A DNA stretch of 62,905 bases, filler included, from Chiloscyllium plagiosum (lineage: Eukaryota): NCBI RefSeq assembly GCF_004010195.1. It is 3 parts of one record of this genome, joined end to end, with 100 filler letters (N's around TTAATTAATTAA, not from the genome) between each part and the next. Parts side by side here need not be neighbours in the genome. Positions count along the whole stretch, not along the records: positions 1 to 12,971 come from NC_057717.1; 2 more parts are not named here. The stretch is one strand, 5' to 3'. The notes beneath the pieces are model-generated. The model was not told the origin of the DNA, ran no database searches, and worked only from the letters and a program-made list of their open reading frames with translations. The position numbers and the translations under genes were made by a program. This document shows positions 1-12,971 of the stretch, one piece after another; the first letter of the stretch is position 1, and each line of letters opens with the position of its first letter.

Positions 1-230
1 TGTATTATGGTCACTATTTCCCAATGGCTCCTTCACTTCGAGGTCTCTGACCAATTCTGGTTCGTTGCACAATACCAGATCCAGAATTGCCTTCTCCCTG
101 GTCGGCTCCAGCACCAGCTGCTCTAAGAATCCATCTCTGAGGCACTCCACAAAGTCTCTTTCTTGTGGCCCAATACCATCCTGATTCTCCCAGTCTACCT
201 GCATGTTAAAATCCCCCATAACAACTGTAG
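1..230 (-). mobile_element. Young CR1 LINE, ORF2 endonuclease portion (5'-truncated end; element runs off the window's left edge)
   Basis: Manual minus-strand translation from 220 is uninterrupted: MGDFNMQVDWENQDGIGPQERDFVECLRDGFLEQLVLEPTREKAILDLVLCNEPELVRDLEVKEPLGNSDHNT, with the GDFN and SDH motifs of the APE endonuclease. Absent at the paralogous site near 42512. Confidence 0.9.
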
Positions 231-790
231 TGATAGTACCACCCACAATGATGGAGGCTATTCTCAATGTGCAGGGGTGACTTTGTCTCCATAATGACTA
301 TGCGGTGGTCACTCTTACCGATACTGTCATAGACCGATACTTCTGCAACTGGCAGATTAGTTAGGCTGTGGTCAATATGTATTTTCCTCTTGTTGGTTCC
401 TTCACCACCTGCTGCAGTACCAGTCTAGCAGTTATATCCTTTAGGACCCGGCCCGCTCGATCAGTAATGCTGTAGCTGAGATACTCTTGGAGGTGGACAT
501 TGAATTCCCCCACCCAGAGTACATCTTGCGTCCGTGCTACCCTCAGTCCTTCCTCCAAGTATTGATCAACATGGAGGAGTACTGATTCATCAGTTGAGAG
601 AGGCTGGTACATACTAATCAGCAGGAGGTTTCCTTTCCCATGTGAAAACTAACGCCATGAGACTTCATGGGATACGGAGCCACTGTTGAGGATTCCTAGA
701 GCAATTCCCTTCCAAATGTATCCCACTGTGCAGCCACTTCTGCTGTGTCCATCCTGCTGATGAGACAGGAGATATCTGGGGAAGGTGATG
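230..790 (-). mobile_element. Non-LTR retrotransposon (CR1/L2 group, 'family B') endonuclease remnant
   Basis: ORF 361..612 VLWVGEFNVH...LQQVVKEPTRGKYIL matches APE motifs (GDFN, PTR). Paralog of 42513-43085. Confidence 0.8.
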
Positions 791-1629
791 GGGAATCTGG
801 GATATAGTCTGAAATGGATCATCCACTCAGCACTTCTGAGTGAAGATTGTTGCGAATGAATCAGCCTTATCTTATACACTAAAGTGCTGCGCTTTTCCAC
901 CATGGAGGAAGGGGTTATTTGTGGAATCTCTTCCTCCAGTGAATTGTTTAATTGTCCTAACGTTTCTTGACTAGATGTGTAAGGACATCCTGATAGAATC
1001 ATGCCTTACAGACAATGTCAGGCTGTTGATTGACGAGTCTGTTTATTTCTATTCACTGTTTCCTGCAAGCTGTCCCATTCTAGAATCATGGCCATATATT
1101 AGCCCCAATCCACTAATATTTGATTTTGCAAACTGGGCTTGGAGCTTTACCAAAATATTTCTAAAAATCAAAATTTTTATATCCATTGCCTCTCTTTCAT
1201 TTATCTCTCAGCCTGTTTCTCAAACATAATTGCCAATTCATAACTCTGTTAGTGTTGTCTATGACCATTACTTTCAAACCCAATAATTTCTCCTCAACCA
1301 TTTACTTACTGTGTTCTATGTTCCTTGTACTCTATCATTTTCCCATACCAGACTTGGTTTTCCTGCTATTTGTGAAGACAGAACTGAAGTTGTGGCTTCA
1401 TAGTTCTGCCATTTCCTGGTTACCCTTCTCCATTCTCTGGTTTCAGTTTGTACGGAAGCTGCACTTTTTTTCTCATATTTCTCACATTGCCATAATTTAA
1501 CAAGTTATTACAGTTCACTCTTATAACCCTTGTGAATATACTCTTCAGAGACTCATCAATTCCTTCCTTAAACTGCTAAATAATTGACCTTCCACACCAT
1601 ACACTCACAGGAGCATGGACTCTGTGCCA

Positions 1630-4050
1630 ACAGAAATATAGCACGATATATCTTCGTCCCACTTTTCTACACCAGGCCCGTAGCCTGGAATGTTATGATA
1701 ATTCCAAGTGCTCGTCCAAGTACTTTTTAACGATTGTGAGGTTACCGGGATAATTCACCTCTCAGGAAGTAATCCCAGAACCAAACACCCTCTAGGTGAA
1801 AAAAAAGTTTAAATTCTCTCTGAACCTCATTTTTTTCATTTTAAAAGTGTGCTCCTTTGTTCTCGACACTCTGACTAAAAGGAACAGCTTCTGTCTATTC
1901 ACCCTGTCCGTGTCGCACAGAATCTTATTCTTCTGAATCGCATCTTCCTCAGCGTTCTCTGCTCCAAACTAAACAACCAGAGCTAATCCAACCTCTCTCC
2001 ATAGCTGATATGCTCCATCCCAGGGAACATCCTGGTGAATCACCTCTGCACTCTCTCCAATACAATCACATCCTTCCTGGAATGTGTCTCCCAGAGCTAC
2101 ATACAGTATTCCATTTTGGCTGAACCAAAGCCCTGTATTGCTCTTATAATCTACGCCCTGATTAGGAAACACAACACTCAAGGTCCAATTTTTAACTAGT
2201 CCATTAACCTGTCCAGTCAGGCATGTGTGGAGAAGCACACTTTGAGGTTCCCAGTGTTCTGCCATTCATTGAGTCCTCCCCTGCCTGGTTCCTTCTCCTA
2301 AGGTGCGCCTCCTCATATTTATCAGGGTTAGATTCTATCAGCCATTGATCTGCCCATCTGACCATTCCATCTGCATCTTCCTGTAACATAAGTCCTTCCT
2401 CCTCACTGCTAACCACCCAGCCAATCTTTATGCTAAACATACACTTACTTATCACACCTCCCACACTCTCCACCTAGCCCCCTCCACATTCACATCTTTT
2501 TTTGTGAATAACACAAACAATAAGGGACACAGCACTGATCCCTGTGGTACACCAGGGGACACTGGTCTCAAGTCACACAAACAGCCTTGTCCCACCACCC
2601 TCTGCCTCCTGCTACTAGGTCAATTTTCATTGTAACTTGTCAAGTTATCCTTCATATTGTGAGATTTAATTTTTTTTCAGTACCTGCCTCCTCCTTCTCC
2701 CAAGTAAAATAGATGTGAAGGTCTCATGTAACAGTCCATCAATGTTCTCCAGCTTGACACACAGATTGCCCCTTTGGTTTCTAATGGGCACTAACTGTTT
2801 GCTGATCATTCTGTTCTACTTTTACTACTTGTACTTCTCCATGTCCCTCTGTTATTGAGTTCCCGCTATGTTTCACTGCAATTACCTCTCATGTTTTGAA
2901 ACTCGAGTTCACAGGCTGAGTTTCCACATCACACAATCTTGCCATTTTAGAGATTAATTTGGATAATCATTTTAGGGATTAATTTGATGATACCTTTTGC
3001 AGTTCCTCTGTCGTCAATATGTTCTTTCTGAGATAGGGATTCCGAACGATACACAATACTCTAAGTTTAGTCTCAACAACACTCGATGCAACTGGTTCAC
3101 GACATCCTCTATATTATAATTACATGCACAAAAATGTAAACCTAATTTTTACTTTACCATTTGCATATGTTCTTCCCAATACCTCTCATTCTAATTTTTC
3201 TAATGAGCTTACTGTGTGAGTTCGTTAAAAAAAGCTCCTGAATATCCAACTCCACGGTATCCATTGGTTCTTCATTGCCTTTGTCTCCAAGAATCATCTT
3301 CAAACCATTCCAAAAAAAGTTTGCCACTTCTGGTTTTCCTTTCATCGGTACATTCTCACACTCCCCAGTTATGTTATTGCCTTCTATATATCTAGTAGCA
3401 TGTTCTTTGTAATCGAGTCCAACAGACACCCGACTGCGGATGACAAGGTAACTGGTCTGTTGTTCACCATTCTCCATCTTCATTCTTTCTTAAACTATTG
3501 GATAATATTTATAACCTTTGCCTTGTCCAGATTGGCTAAATCCCTTTCAGGAATGTGTCGGAAAATAAAGTGAAAATCCGCAATACTATCAGTATGTCTA
3601 TTGCTGCTTCCTCTGAAGTTCTTGTATGAATTACATCTGATCTGTCAGATTTATAAATACTCAATCCAGCTTTCTTTTCAAAGATGACCTTAACATTGAT
3701 TAGAATGATCTTAGACTTTACTTACACAAGTCCCATGGTCACTTGGTATTTCTGGAAGAATTTCTGGTCATTCTTCCATGAAGATAGACACAAATAAACT
3801 GTTTCTTTTCCCGGCAATTTCTCTGTTCTCTGCAATAAATTATCCTGAACGCACACCAACTGTTCCACATTTGACCCTGTTTTTATTTTTTTAATACATT
3901 GATAGACGCTTTTTGGCAGTCTTTATGTTTTTCTTTCGTTTGCATGCCTTTTCTCTTTTTGATTTTCTTCTCAGTTCCTTGGTCATCCTTTGCTGGGTCC
4001 TACATTTCTCTGAATCCACTGGCTTACTGCAACACATTTTTCTATGCTGA
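1630..4050 (-). mobile_element. Degraded CR1 LINE ORF2/3' fragments
   Basis: ORFs 2204..2473 (LQEDADGMVRWADQW...NPDK) and 3154..3483 (DIQELF...HSKLIRKIRMRGI) resemble CR1 RT. Paralog at ~43920-46840. Confidence 0.8.
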
Positions 4051-4056
4051 CTCCTT

Positions 4057-4500
4057 TCATCTAATAAGAAGATGAAGGTGGGGTTCAAAGTGATAGTCGG
4101 AGAGGAGGGTGGACCAGATTGACAGGAAGGAAGGTGGACACATGGGAACATTCAAAAGGGCGGTGCTGACTTGGAAGGTTGGAGTGAGATAATGTGGGAT
4201 TAGGGGAACTGGGGAAATAGTGAAATCCACTATGATCCCCTGTGGTTGGAGGGTACCAAGGCAGAAGAGGAGGCTTTCTTCCTCCAGGCTTCTGGTGGCT
4301 TGGGTTTGGTGATGGAGCAGACCTTGGTCACTCATGTCCTTGGCAGAGTGGGAAAGGGAGTTAAAGTGCTCAGCCACAAGGCGATGGAGTTGTTCAATGT
4401 GGCTGTCCCAGAGATGTTCCGTGAAATGATCCACAAGTTGACCTCCTGTCTCGCCAATATAATGAAGACCACATTGGGTTTAATTGATGCAGTAGATGAG
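4057..4500 (-). mobile_element. Penelope-like element, GIY-YIG endonuclease remnant
   Basis: ORF 4057..4434 (EHLWD...VAEHFNSLSHSAKDM...LEEESLLFCLGTLQPQGIIVDF) preceded by a YIGETG-like motif near 4460. Confidence 0.85.
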
Positions 4501-4760
4501 GCGTTCTGTCTCCCTTCATCACAAATGACTTTCAACCCCACCTTCATCTACCTATCGCAATCCCTGCTAACCTCCCCCCTGCCACACCACCTTCTCGTTT
4601 ATCTCTCAGCCCCCTTGGCCCACAAACCTCCTTCCTGATGAAGGGCTTATGCCCGAAACATCGATTGATCTACTCTTAGTATGCTGCCTGACTGTGCTTT
4701 TCCAGCTCCACACTCTTCGTCTCTGATCTCGAGCATCTGTAGTCCCCACTTTCTCTTCAC
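4501..4760 (+). mobile_element. Penelope pseudo-LTR in inverted orientation relative to the adjacent ORF remnant
   Basis: C-rich tract, then ctgatgaagggcttatgcccgaaac and ctgcctgactgtgcttttccagc. The same module occurs at 30885-31015 (+) and 36570-36700 (-). Confidence 0.8.
4630..4667 (+). ncRNA. Minimal type I hammerhead ribozyme motif (Penelope-associated)
   Basis: CUGAUGA-A-GGGC-UUAU-GCCC-GAAAC-AUC: intact core boxes and a perfect 4-bp stem II. Stem I is weak. Confidence 0.7.
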
Positions 4761-5669
4761 ACCTTCATGTCTTGCATGATTCAGATTTATAACGGTTACT
4801 TCAAATAAAACAAAAACTGTCGTGTATTCAAACAGCATAAAAGAAAACCAATACATTGTGGTTACTGTTCCCAAAAGGTCCTTTCCAGCAAAAGTTTCAA
4901 TTAGCTCTTCTGATCACTCAACACCAATTCCTAAATAACCTGATCTCGAGCTCAGTGCTCGACATAATGTTCATCTAAACCATCTCACACGTGGTCATGA
5001 AATCCATTTTCCCAGCATTCGCATTTAGTTGGGTCAACAAAGTTTAGATATAATTTAAACATATATTATTACTGCAGTACCCACAAATGTGTATATATCA
5101 TTTCCTGTTTTATAACCTGTCCAGCATTTGTATTGCAGCTTTCACTTTGCTCCTCCTTGCTGTTTTTACGCTCCACCTTACAAGATTCTGTGGAATCTGA
5201 GCGATGTGGGCTCTGGGAAGATTAATGGTAGAGATCATCTGGTCACATCATTTATGATTTTCTCAAACTTTAATTTCTCCAGATCTCCCGTTATGCTGAT
5301 AGAGTAAAGAAGAACAATGATCTTCCAACAATGCTCTATATTCCCCCAGAGATCTGAGACAGCTCTAACCTGGGTGAGAACCTTACAGAAGGACGGTAAA
5401 GTGTTGCTGCTGCTGTACAGGGTCTCATTGAGATTACATCTGGAGTAGTGTGTAAAGATTTAATCTCTTCAATGAATAAAGGATGTTGTTATATTGGAAG
5501 CAGCGCAGAGATGGTTCCCTCAACTGATTCCTGTAATGAAGGTGCTACCTTATAACGAAAGGATGATCAGGTTGAACCAGTAGCCATTGGAGTTTCCAAA
5601 CATTAAGGATGATCATATTTGAACATAGATGACAGAAGGAATTAACAAGTGAAGTGAATTACACAGATA

Positions 5670-6390
5670 GTGGAGCAATCCATTCCGTTCTCCAGCCTGT
5701 TACACAGGAACAACAGGAGGATATTCAGGCCTTCGACCCTGTTACACCAAAACAGGACGAGGCTATTCAGCCCCTGAGCCTGACATACATTTGCAGAAGG
5801 AAGCCAATCAGCCATTCGACCCTGTAACAGTAGGCCGTGCTGCACCAGTACCCTGTTAAACAGCAACAGGATCAGTCCATTCAGCCTCCTCAAGTCTATA
5901 ATATAGGAACTGGAACAGGTCACACAGTGACTGGAGATTGTTACACTGGAATAACAGGCGGCCATTCAGACCCACCGAGCCTATTGCAAGGGAATTGGAT
6001 AAGGATAAAACTATCTGAGACTTTTCATGAAAATGGAATAGGTAATTTAGATACGTGTCTGTTGTATGGGAACAAGAAAGGACCAATCAATCCCTCGGTC
6101 CCATCTCCGGGATACATGAGGAGACCGTTCAGTATATCCACCTGTTAAGGAGAAGTATGAGAAGATCCATCAGCCTCTCAAAATGTTAGACAGTAACAGG
6201 AAGATTCTATAATCTGCCAATCCTCTCAAGCATCAACAGGAGGAGGTAATTCTGGCCTTGGAGATGACAATATGGGAACACCAGAAAGACGTCAGCCCAT
6301 CGAGTTTGTACACCAGCAGGATGATGAGTCCATTCAGCCACGCATGGCTCTTACACAGCATTTGGTGCAGACCTTTTAAAGCCTTGTGCC
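5670..6390 (+). repeat. Degenerate ~42-bp minisatellite (consensus ~TGTTACACAGGAACAGGAGGAGGCCATTCAGCCCCTCGAGCC)
   Basis: Recurring acaggagg...attcagcc...cctgttacac at roughly 42-bp spacing. Paralog at ~48280-48850. Confidence 0.75.
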
Positions 6391-6439
6391 CATTAAATAG
6401 GAATTCAAAGAAAAGGAAAAGGTTTTCGAAAGGAAAGAA

Positions 6440-8030
6440 CTTATAATTATGGTATACATTAGGGACTAAAGTGTAACAATAAACTATTGTAATTTAAGGC
6501 AAATTGTTAGAGTCCATTGTTCAGGACATTTGCAAATTTAAACCAAAATCCGTCAGGGTCAACATGGTTTTACAAAGGCTAAATCATGTTTGAATTGTTT
6601 GCTTGAGTTATTTGAAGATGTCACAAACAAGGTGGATCGTGGGAATCCTGGAGAGGAACATATCTGGTCTTCCTGAAGGTATCGGATATGTCGCTTCTCC
6701 AAAGAGTAAGTGGTAAGATCAGACAACATGGGTTTAGGAGTAATTCATTAGCATGGATGGAGGATTGGTTATCCAACAAAATGCAGTCAGATGGAATAAA
6801 TGTGTCATTTTCATTTGGCAAATGCAATTTGTGGGGTGCCATTGATTTCAGTAGTCATGCCTCAACCATTTGCGATTGATGGTATTACCCTACTCAGTTG
6901 ATGGGATAGAAAATACGACGCCACATTTTCAGATGACACAAACATCGGTGGGAAATTACTTCGGAATGATGATGCAAGAGATTTTAAAACTATACGGATA
7001 GATTGGGTGAATGGGTCAACATTTGGCAAGGAAAATTATAGAGAATAAATGTGGGGCTATTCAAGTTGGCCAGTATAATAGAAAGACAATTTATTATCTA
7101 AGTAGAGAGAAAGTTCAAAGTGCTTAGGTGCAGAGGGATCTGGGTGTCTGCTTGCATATCACAGAATTCTTGCATGCATGTACTGCAAGTAATGAGAAAT
7201 GCAAGCATAATTTCAGTGTTTATTTATAAAAGGATACAGTAGAAAGGTAGAGAGTGTTGGTGTAGCTATGTGAGGATGCAACTGGAGTACAGTTTGGGTG
7301 TCCTGCAGAATGAGGTATTTGGATTGGAGGCAATTCAGAGGGCTTCATTAGATTGATTTCATATTTGAATTGTTTGTCTTATGAAGATTAATTGAGCAGT
7401 TTAGGCCTACACCCTTGAGTTTATAAGAATGAAAGGAGATTTCGTTGAGGCCTGTAAAATGCTAAAAGTAATTGAATGTGTAGATGTGGAGTGGATTATT
7501 TTTCATGTGGTGCAATCTACAACAAGCGACTAGAGTTTTATGATGGAGAGATGGCAGGAAAGTAAAACAGAGGCTGTGTTGACATCAGCCTCATCGAGGG
7601 GTTGGATTCCTCACAGATGCTCCTTGTTCTTATTCAACCCTTCGACTGAGTTGCACAGGAATGGGGGAGGATTGGGTATCATACAGAAGCAGGCACTCAG
7701 GATAAATCAGACTCAATCAGTTAGACAGAACGTAACCAGGAGGGTCACACAATGACTTGCGCTGGGTTCTTAATTATTTCGAATCTATATTGATGATAAG
7801 GAGGATGGAACGGATATACAGATGCTGAGTTTGGTGATATCGCTGTGATAAGCAAGAGATCAAATTATTAAGAGAGAATGGAGAGTCTGCAAATAGATTC
7901 AGAGAAGTAACGGCAATAAATCATAGTTTGGCAGGTGAAATTTAACATGATATAACCTGTCATTTCATTTACAAGAATAATGGAAGGCAGTACGTTACTG
8001 AAATGGAGAGAGATTACAGGACTTAATGAT
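6440..8030 (+). mobile_element. Degraded CR1 LINE RT fragments
   Basis: QHGF.KAKSCL-like stretch, ORF 6688..6879 (KIRQHGFRSNSLAWMEDWLSN), and an F.DDT remnant (tttcagatgacacaa) near 6930. Confidence 0.8.
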
Positions 8031-8039
8031 GCTGTGTAC

Positions 8040-9040
8040 TGGGGCGTTCACTCAGACCCGTTCAGACATGGGAGGTTTTCCTCCATCCCTGGTCGTCTGC
8101 TCCTTGTTGCTCCAAGTGACACCATTGCTCTCCGTACACATGGAAGACTTTGATGTGGTTGGTTGGTGGTGGGGATAGTGTTTTGAAACGTGTATCAAGG
8201 GGACGGCCTTTATCCAAGATATATTCATTTCTTTCTACGTGGAGATGACGATGGGAATGGCTGACTGCTTCTGAATGAAGAGGCCGTGACAGTGGGTATT
8301 CACCAACACGATGTGCTGTGCATGGGTACACTGTAACATTAATAGAGAGAGAGAGCTCCTTCAGTTCCTCTACCTCTCCACATTAACATGGGTATTCTGC
8401 AAGTGCAATGTACACCATCGGGAATCCCATTATATTGGATACACCCGGAAGCTCCCTGCTGTGGGAGAAAGAATACATTCACCTTATCCACCACATATAT
8501 CCTCCATCAACGAATGGTGACACTGATGTTGAGGTACTGGGAAATGATTGATATGTCACCTTGTCCTGCCTGGCAAGTTCCGGATCATAGAAACTGAATG
8601 AAACAGTGACCCTAACAGCACCATCCTCCCCCTGGTGTGAAGCTGCAGGTCGTGTTGAAGGAGGTGACACCGCTCTGTGACCAGCTCCTTGTTCAGCCAG
8701 GGTCCCCTCACACTCTGCTCCTGGGTTAAGTGAAGCTTGGGAAGCTGTTCCTGTAAAATCCGGGGTGGATCCAGCAGATCCCTTTCCCTACACACACTCA
8801 ATGCGTGGTTTCTGAGCTTCCCCACTCTGCAGCCTCTACTCTATTTGTTGTTCATGTTTCAGGCTCAGATGCTGTAACGACAGTCCCCGGGCTCCATCCA
8901 GAGTTGGGTAACCAAGTCCTCAGGTCTCCCTGAATGTCTGAGGCAGCTCACAGCACAACTTCCATCAAACCATCCCCAACCCATTCACTCACTTTTCAAT
9001 TACAGGAGTCAATCAGAAACCCCTCGGCTACAAGTGTTGT
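8040..9040 (-). mobile_element. PIF/Harbinger DNA transposon transposase remnant
   Basis: Fragments resembling DDE_Tnp_4 motifs: IRDGVH (IDCTH), TLSINV (HSINVQ), PGSSHG (PGSSHD; clearer in the paralog near 50870) and LDKGRPL (GDKGYPL). Heavily frameshifted. Paralog at ~50600-51630. Confidence 0.6.
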
Positions 9041-9044
9041 TGAC

Positions 9045-12000
9045 CAGTCCAAATCCCCGCAAAGTATTTTAAGAAGGCCGCTTAGACCCAAAACTTTCCT
9101 TTTTTTGAATATAGATGTGAAGTGTGCGTTCCACATATGTTCCGGCTGGTCAAACCACTCGACGTTAAGCAAAATATAATCTATTCAAATGCTTTAGTTA
9201 AAATACAATCAAAGAAAAGAACATTTTGGGATAGCTTATATGTTGGAACACTTACACAAACAATAGATACCGTACTTTCTTGGTATACACCGCTTGACAC
9301 AAAGAGAGAGAAAAGCAGCTTGGGATCATGTATTGAAACTTCCCATCATTCTGAGATCCCCAGCAGCTTCTGAATGCTGCAGCTAAAACCAAAACGAGGA
9401 AATCTGGTCTGGGAGAGCTGGCCACGGCCCTTCCTTTGTTATCACCGTTTTAATACAACCTAAAAGCTTTCTCAGTTAGTTACTTAAACTGTTTTCAGAC
9501 AGCAGTTCTGCACCTCTTTTTTTATAACCTTTCAAAAAACCCAAGAGAAAATTACCTTTTTACAGCGATAGTATCCTTACGACTCCACCTTGAATAAAAT
9601 AATCCATCAACATACATTTTAGACGTCCTAATCTTCCTCTATTAGAAGACTGAAATGCATATGTATTACATTGACTCTGAGCACACAAATGTTCACAACG
9701 AGATTCGATTTCAGTCATTTTATTCCTGCCACAGAATGCCTTTGTCTTTCTTCATGCAAGTCTCCACAACGTGTCAAAACTTAGGTTTTCTCGCCCTGTC
9801 ACCTGTATAATTTCAAATTGAATGGCAGCAATAATAAGCTCAATCGAAACAGACTGGTATTTTTCTCCCTAAACTTCTCCAAAACCTTTAACGGGACACG
9901 ATCACTGATAAAGATTTGTCTCATATATCTTATTCGCAATTTAAATGCTGAATGTTGTAACGCCAACACCAAGCTCAAGGACTCCTTCCCCATTGTGGAA
10001 TAAATCTGTTGATGTTTTCACTAGACACTCCAACGACAGGTTACAGAAGGGAGCACTTCTCATCTCTCCAATCGTCCTTCTGAATGGCATAGCTCCTCAT
10101 GTCTCAGTATGAAATAATTACATCCTTCTGTAACTCTTAATGCTGAAACATCTTTACCTGCTATTCCTGGCCTATGGCAGTAAACCTTACTCTCACCGAT
10201 TTATGTTTTACGAAGATCTTGCACATTCTTCTCAATCTCTCACAGCAACTCAACTGTGATTTCTGAAAAAAATCAACATCATCAGACATTTCAGCTTCTA
10301 ATCTTGCCATTGTAACTCACTGCTCTTACACACGAGTTCTCACGACTGCAGGAAGTAAATTGTTGAACTTCTCCAAAATACGAATCTCTTTAAGAGTTTC
10401 ATAGGTTTGCCCTGTTTTTAATACCCTTCCCCATCTTTCAAAATTACTTTGTTTGATCCTTTCAAACTCAATGTGAGTTTAACCAGGGGCGTTATTTTAG
10501 ATTCCTGAAACACTGTCAGCAGGCTTCTGGCATAAGCTCATATGCACTTCAGATGGCTTTCTTCACCTTCTCATACTCCGTAGATATCTCCTCCGATAGG
10601 GATGCAAATACCTACCAGCTTTGTTTGATTCAACTAAATCCATATGGTCACTGGCCCCTGCATTTGTTCACCCAATTTCTCAATTGAAATTAAAAAGGCT
10701 CCCCCCATCCTTCTCATCAAATTTAGATAATGACTGGATGTATTTAAACAGATCCATATCAGGCCATTGGCTACTATAGGGTTGCTTAACCGCATTAACT
10801 TCCTCATCCAAACTACCGTCTACCTACATCCCCGCCTTCCATGTCAACTTTCCTCTCTAATTGATAACTTTTGAAGTTGAAACACTCTGCTTTTCTTCTC
10901 TCTTTTTCTCTCTTTCTTATGCATTTCCTTTTCTTCTTCATTTCCTTTGCTTTCCTCATACTTCAAACTGTTTCAATTCCTTCTCATCTTCAAGGTGCCT
11001 CATTTGAAATTGAATTCTATCTATTTCCAAAGAGTCTGATGGCGGTTCCACCAAATGTAATTGCCGAGCTATAGCTGTAATTATCTCTCAATTTCTCACA
11101 GACAATGGCAACCCCAACTCCAGCTTGTCTGTCAATTCCTACAGCTTTGCCTTCATTACCTTTTGTAAAACCCCCAACTTCACTTCTTCCACACCCAGAG
11201 AACTCTTAGAGACTGAAAGAATCTTTATGCACAGAACGCTGTGTAAACCAACCGAATTCAACATCCGCAACAAAGGACACTGACTACCATACGCGACCTT
11301 TCAACCCAATAGTCTCCCGGTGCATACTCTCCAGTGTCTGCATGGACTTGTTTTGGATTCTCGCGTTTCCTACCACAATAGAAAGATGTGCATTTCAGGT
11401 GAATTGGCCATGCTAAATTGTTCGGAGTTTTCAGGGATGTGTGGGTTAGGAGCCTTAGTCGGGGCAAATATGCAATAATATGGAAGAGGAATGGCTCTGG
11501 GTAGGTTACTCCTCGGAGGGTCGGTGTGGACTGTTGGGTCAAATGGCCTATTTGCTCACTGCAGGGATTGTAATTTTGGGATTATCGACTTAGAACCACA
11601 AGATTCCCAAGTTTACTATAGACTGCCTTAAACTATTTTAAGAGGGTAGCTTGGATGCCAGCCTTTTCTTATTTTAAAGGTAGATGTCAGTTGGGTGTTC
11701 CAGATGCTATGATACAAATCAAACCACTCACCATTAAGCAAAACACATTATATATTATCATTGTAATGAAAATCCATACAAAATGAAGTGGAATTTAGAA
11801 TAACTTAACTATTGGATACCTAACCGAATAATGGATACAATACCTTCTACAAATGAACTGTTCCAATACACTAACATCACCAAAACACACCCCTTGGCAA
11901 AAAGGAACATTCAGACATATATTCTTGCATACAGTTATCCAGTCCAGGAGGAAACAGCATCAAGTGAGGTTTCAGAGAGAATAGCAGCGAGGGATAATTT

Positions 12001-12240
12001 ACAAAAACTTACAACCCTTCTGGGACCCAAAGCAACTGGTAACTGTAACAATCACAAGGACAAACCTGGAAAGCCTGGTCTGTGCTAGCTGGCCATCGTT
12101 ACTACTATTTGTAAAAACCCACTAACCTCGGAAAGTATTTACTTGAGCCGTTTTCAGTAGGCAGCTTGGCCTTTAAGTCCTCTTATTACAAAAAAATGGG
12201 AGAAAATAACGTTTTTTTTAAAGGTGACAGCATTGTCACA
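9045..12240 (-). mobile_element. Internally deleted Gypsy-type LTR retrotransposon (3' LTR ~9045-9581, RNase H ~9790-10060, gag ~10200-11220, probable 5' LTR ~11610-12240)
   Basis: ORF 9799..9993 (KESLSLVLALQH...SDRVPLKVLEKFREKNTSLFRLSLLLLPFNL) is the RNase H C-terminus. AYELMPEA-like gag motif near 10520-10545. The two flanking blocks share tattttaag...tcaaaccactc...ttaagcaaaa. Confidence 0.7.
11320..11578 (+). mobile_element. tRNA-derived SINE (HE1/V-SINE-like), 5'-truncated
   Basis: aaagatgtgc...aggtgaattggccatgctaaattg central domain plus a CR1-like tail; same family as the intact copy at 57056-57376. Confidence 0.75.
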
Positions 12241-12971
12241 CAATTTAGATGCCTGGTCCTTTACTCAATGGGCTTCCTCGTCTTACTGATTGCAAGGTCA
12301 TCTGAGAGGGACAACCACAGGTACAGACCAAGTTATAAGGATGTGTCTCATAACTTCTGAAACACGCCTGTCCATAGACTGTCACATGGGACATACCAGG
12401 AAGTGAACAATACCGTGACAGACCCCATTTCATTATTTCTGAGCTACACAATGGCAGCACTCGACAAGCGAGGGAGCCAAAACCCAAGGCCAGGGAAAGA
12501 TACGGAGAGATTCACATTAATGACAGAAACAGACAGGTAATTAGTTGAAAATATGTTGTGGAAATATGGGGATAAAGACAGGGCAATGGGACTAACTGGA
12601 GAAGTGAGCTCTTCGAGAGTAAAATTACAAGAATGAGAACACTAAATAAAGGCACTGTCAGATCAGCTGTAATGGTTTGTTATATCAAATTTTGAATCTT
12701 CTTCATAGAACACCACAAACAACATAAACGGGGACAAGATGACAGCCCCGTATGGATAGCTGTGCAGACCTTGCTAGTGTGTGGCTCAGTAAACTGCACT
12801 ATCTGCCCAGCATGGAGAGTATTGCAAACGTTACTATCATAACGTTTGAGTGCGAGCAGCAGCTAAGATAAGACAGTTTGTTTTAAAATTACTTACTGGT
12901 AGCGGGCAGCGGTGTTTTTTTCTCTCTTTACAGAAAGAGCGGGAGCAGCAGGGGGAAGTGACGAAGACCAG

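Noticed and set aside
975..1500. Hydrophobic ORFs conserved in both duplicates (also 10871-11074)
   Set aside because: Antisense shadows of purine-rich TE sequence; conservation reflects recent duplication, and the 1186-1500 frame is broken in copy 2.
4810..5930. V(D)J recombination signals or an Ig/TCR cluster (acaaaaact at ~4810, cacagtg at ~5923)
   Set aside because: Heptamer and nonamer are not paired at 12/23 spacing, and no Ig-domain exon was recognised.
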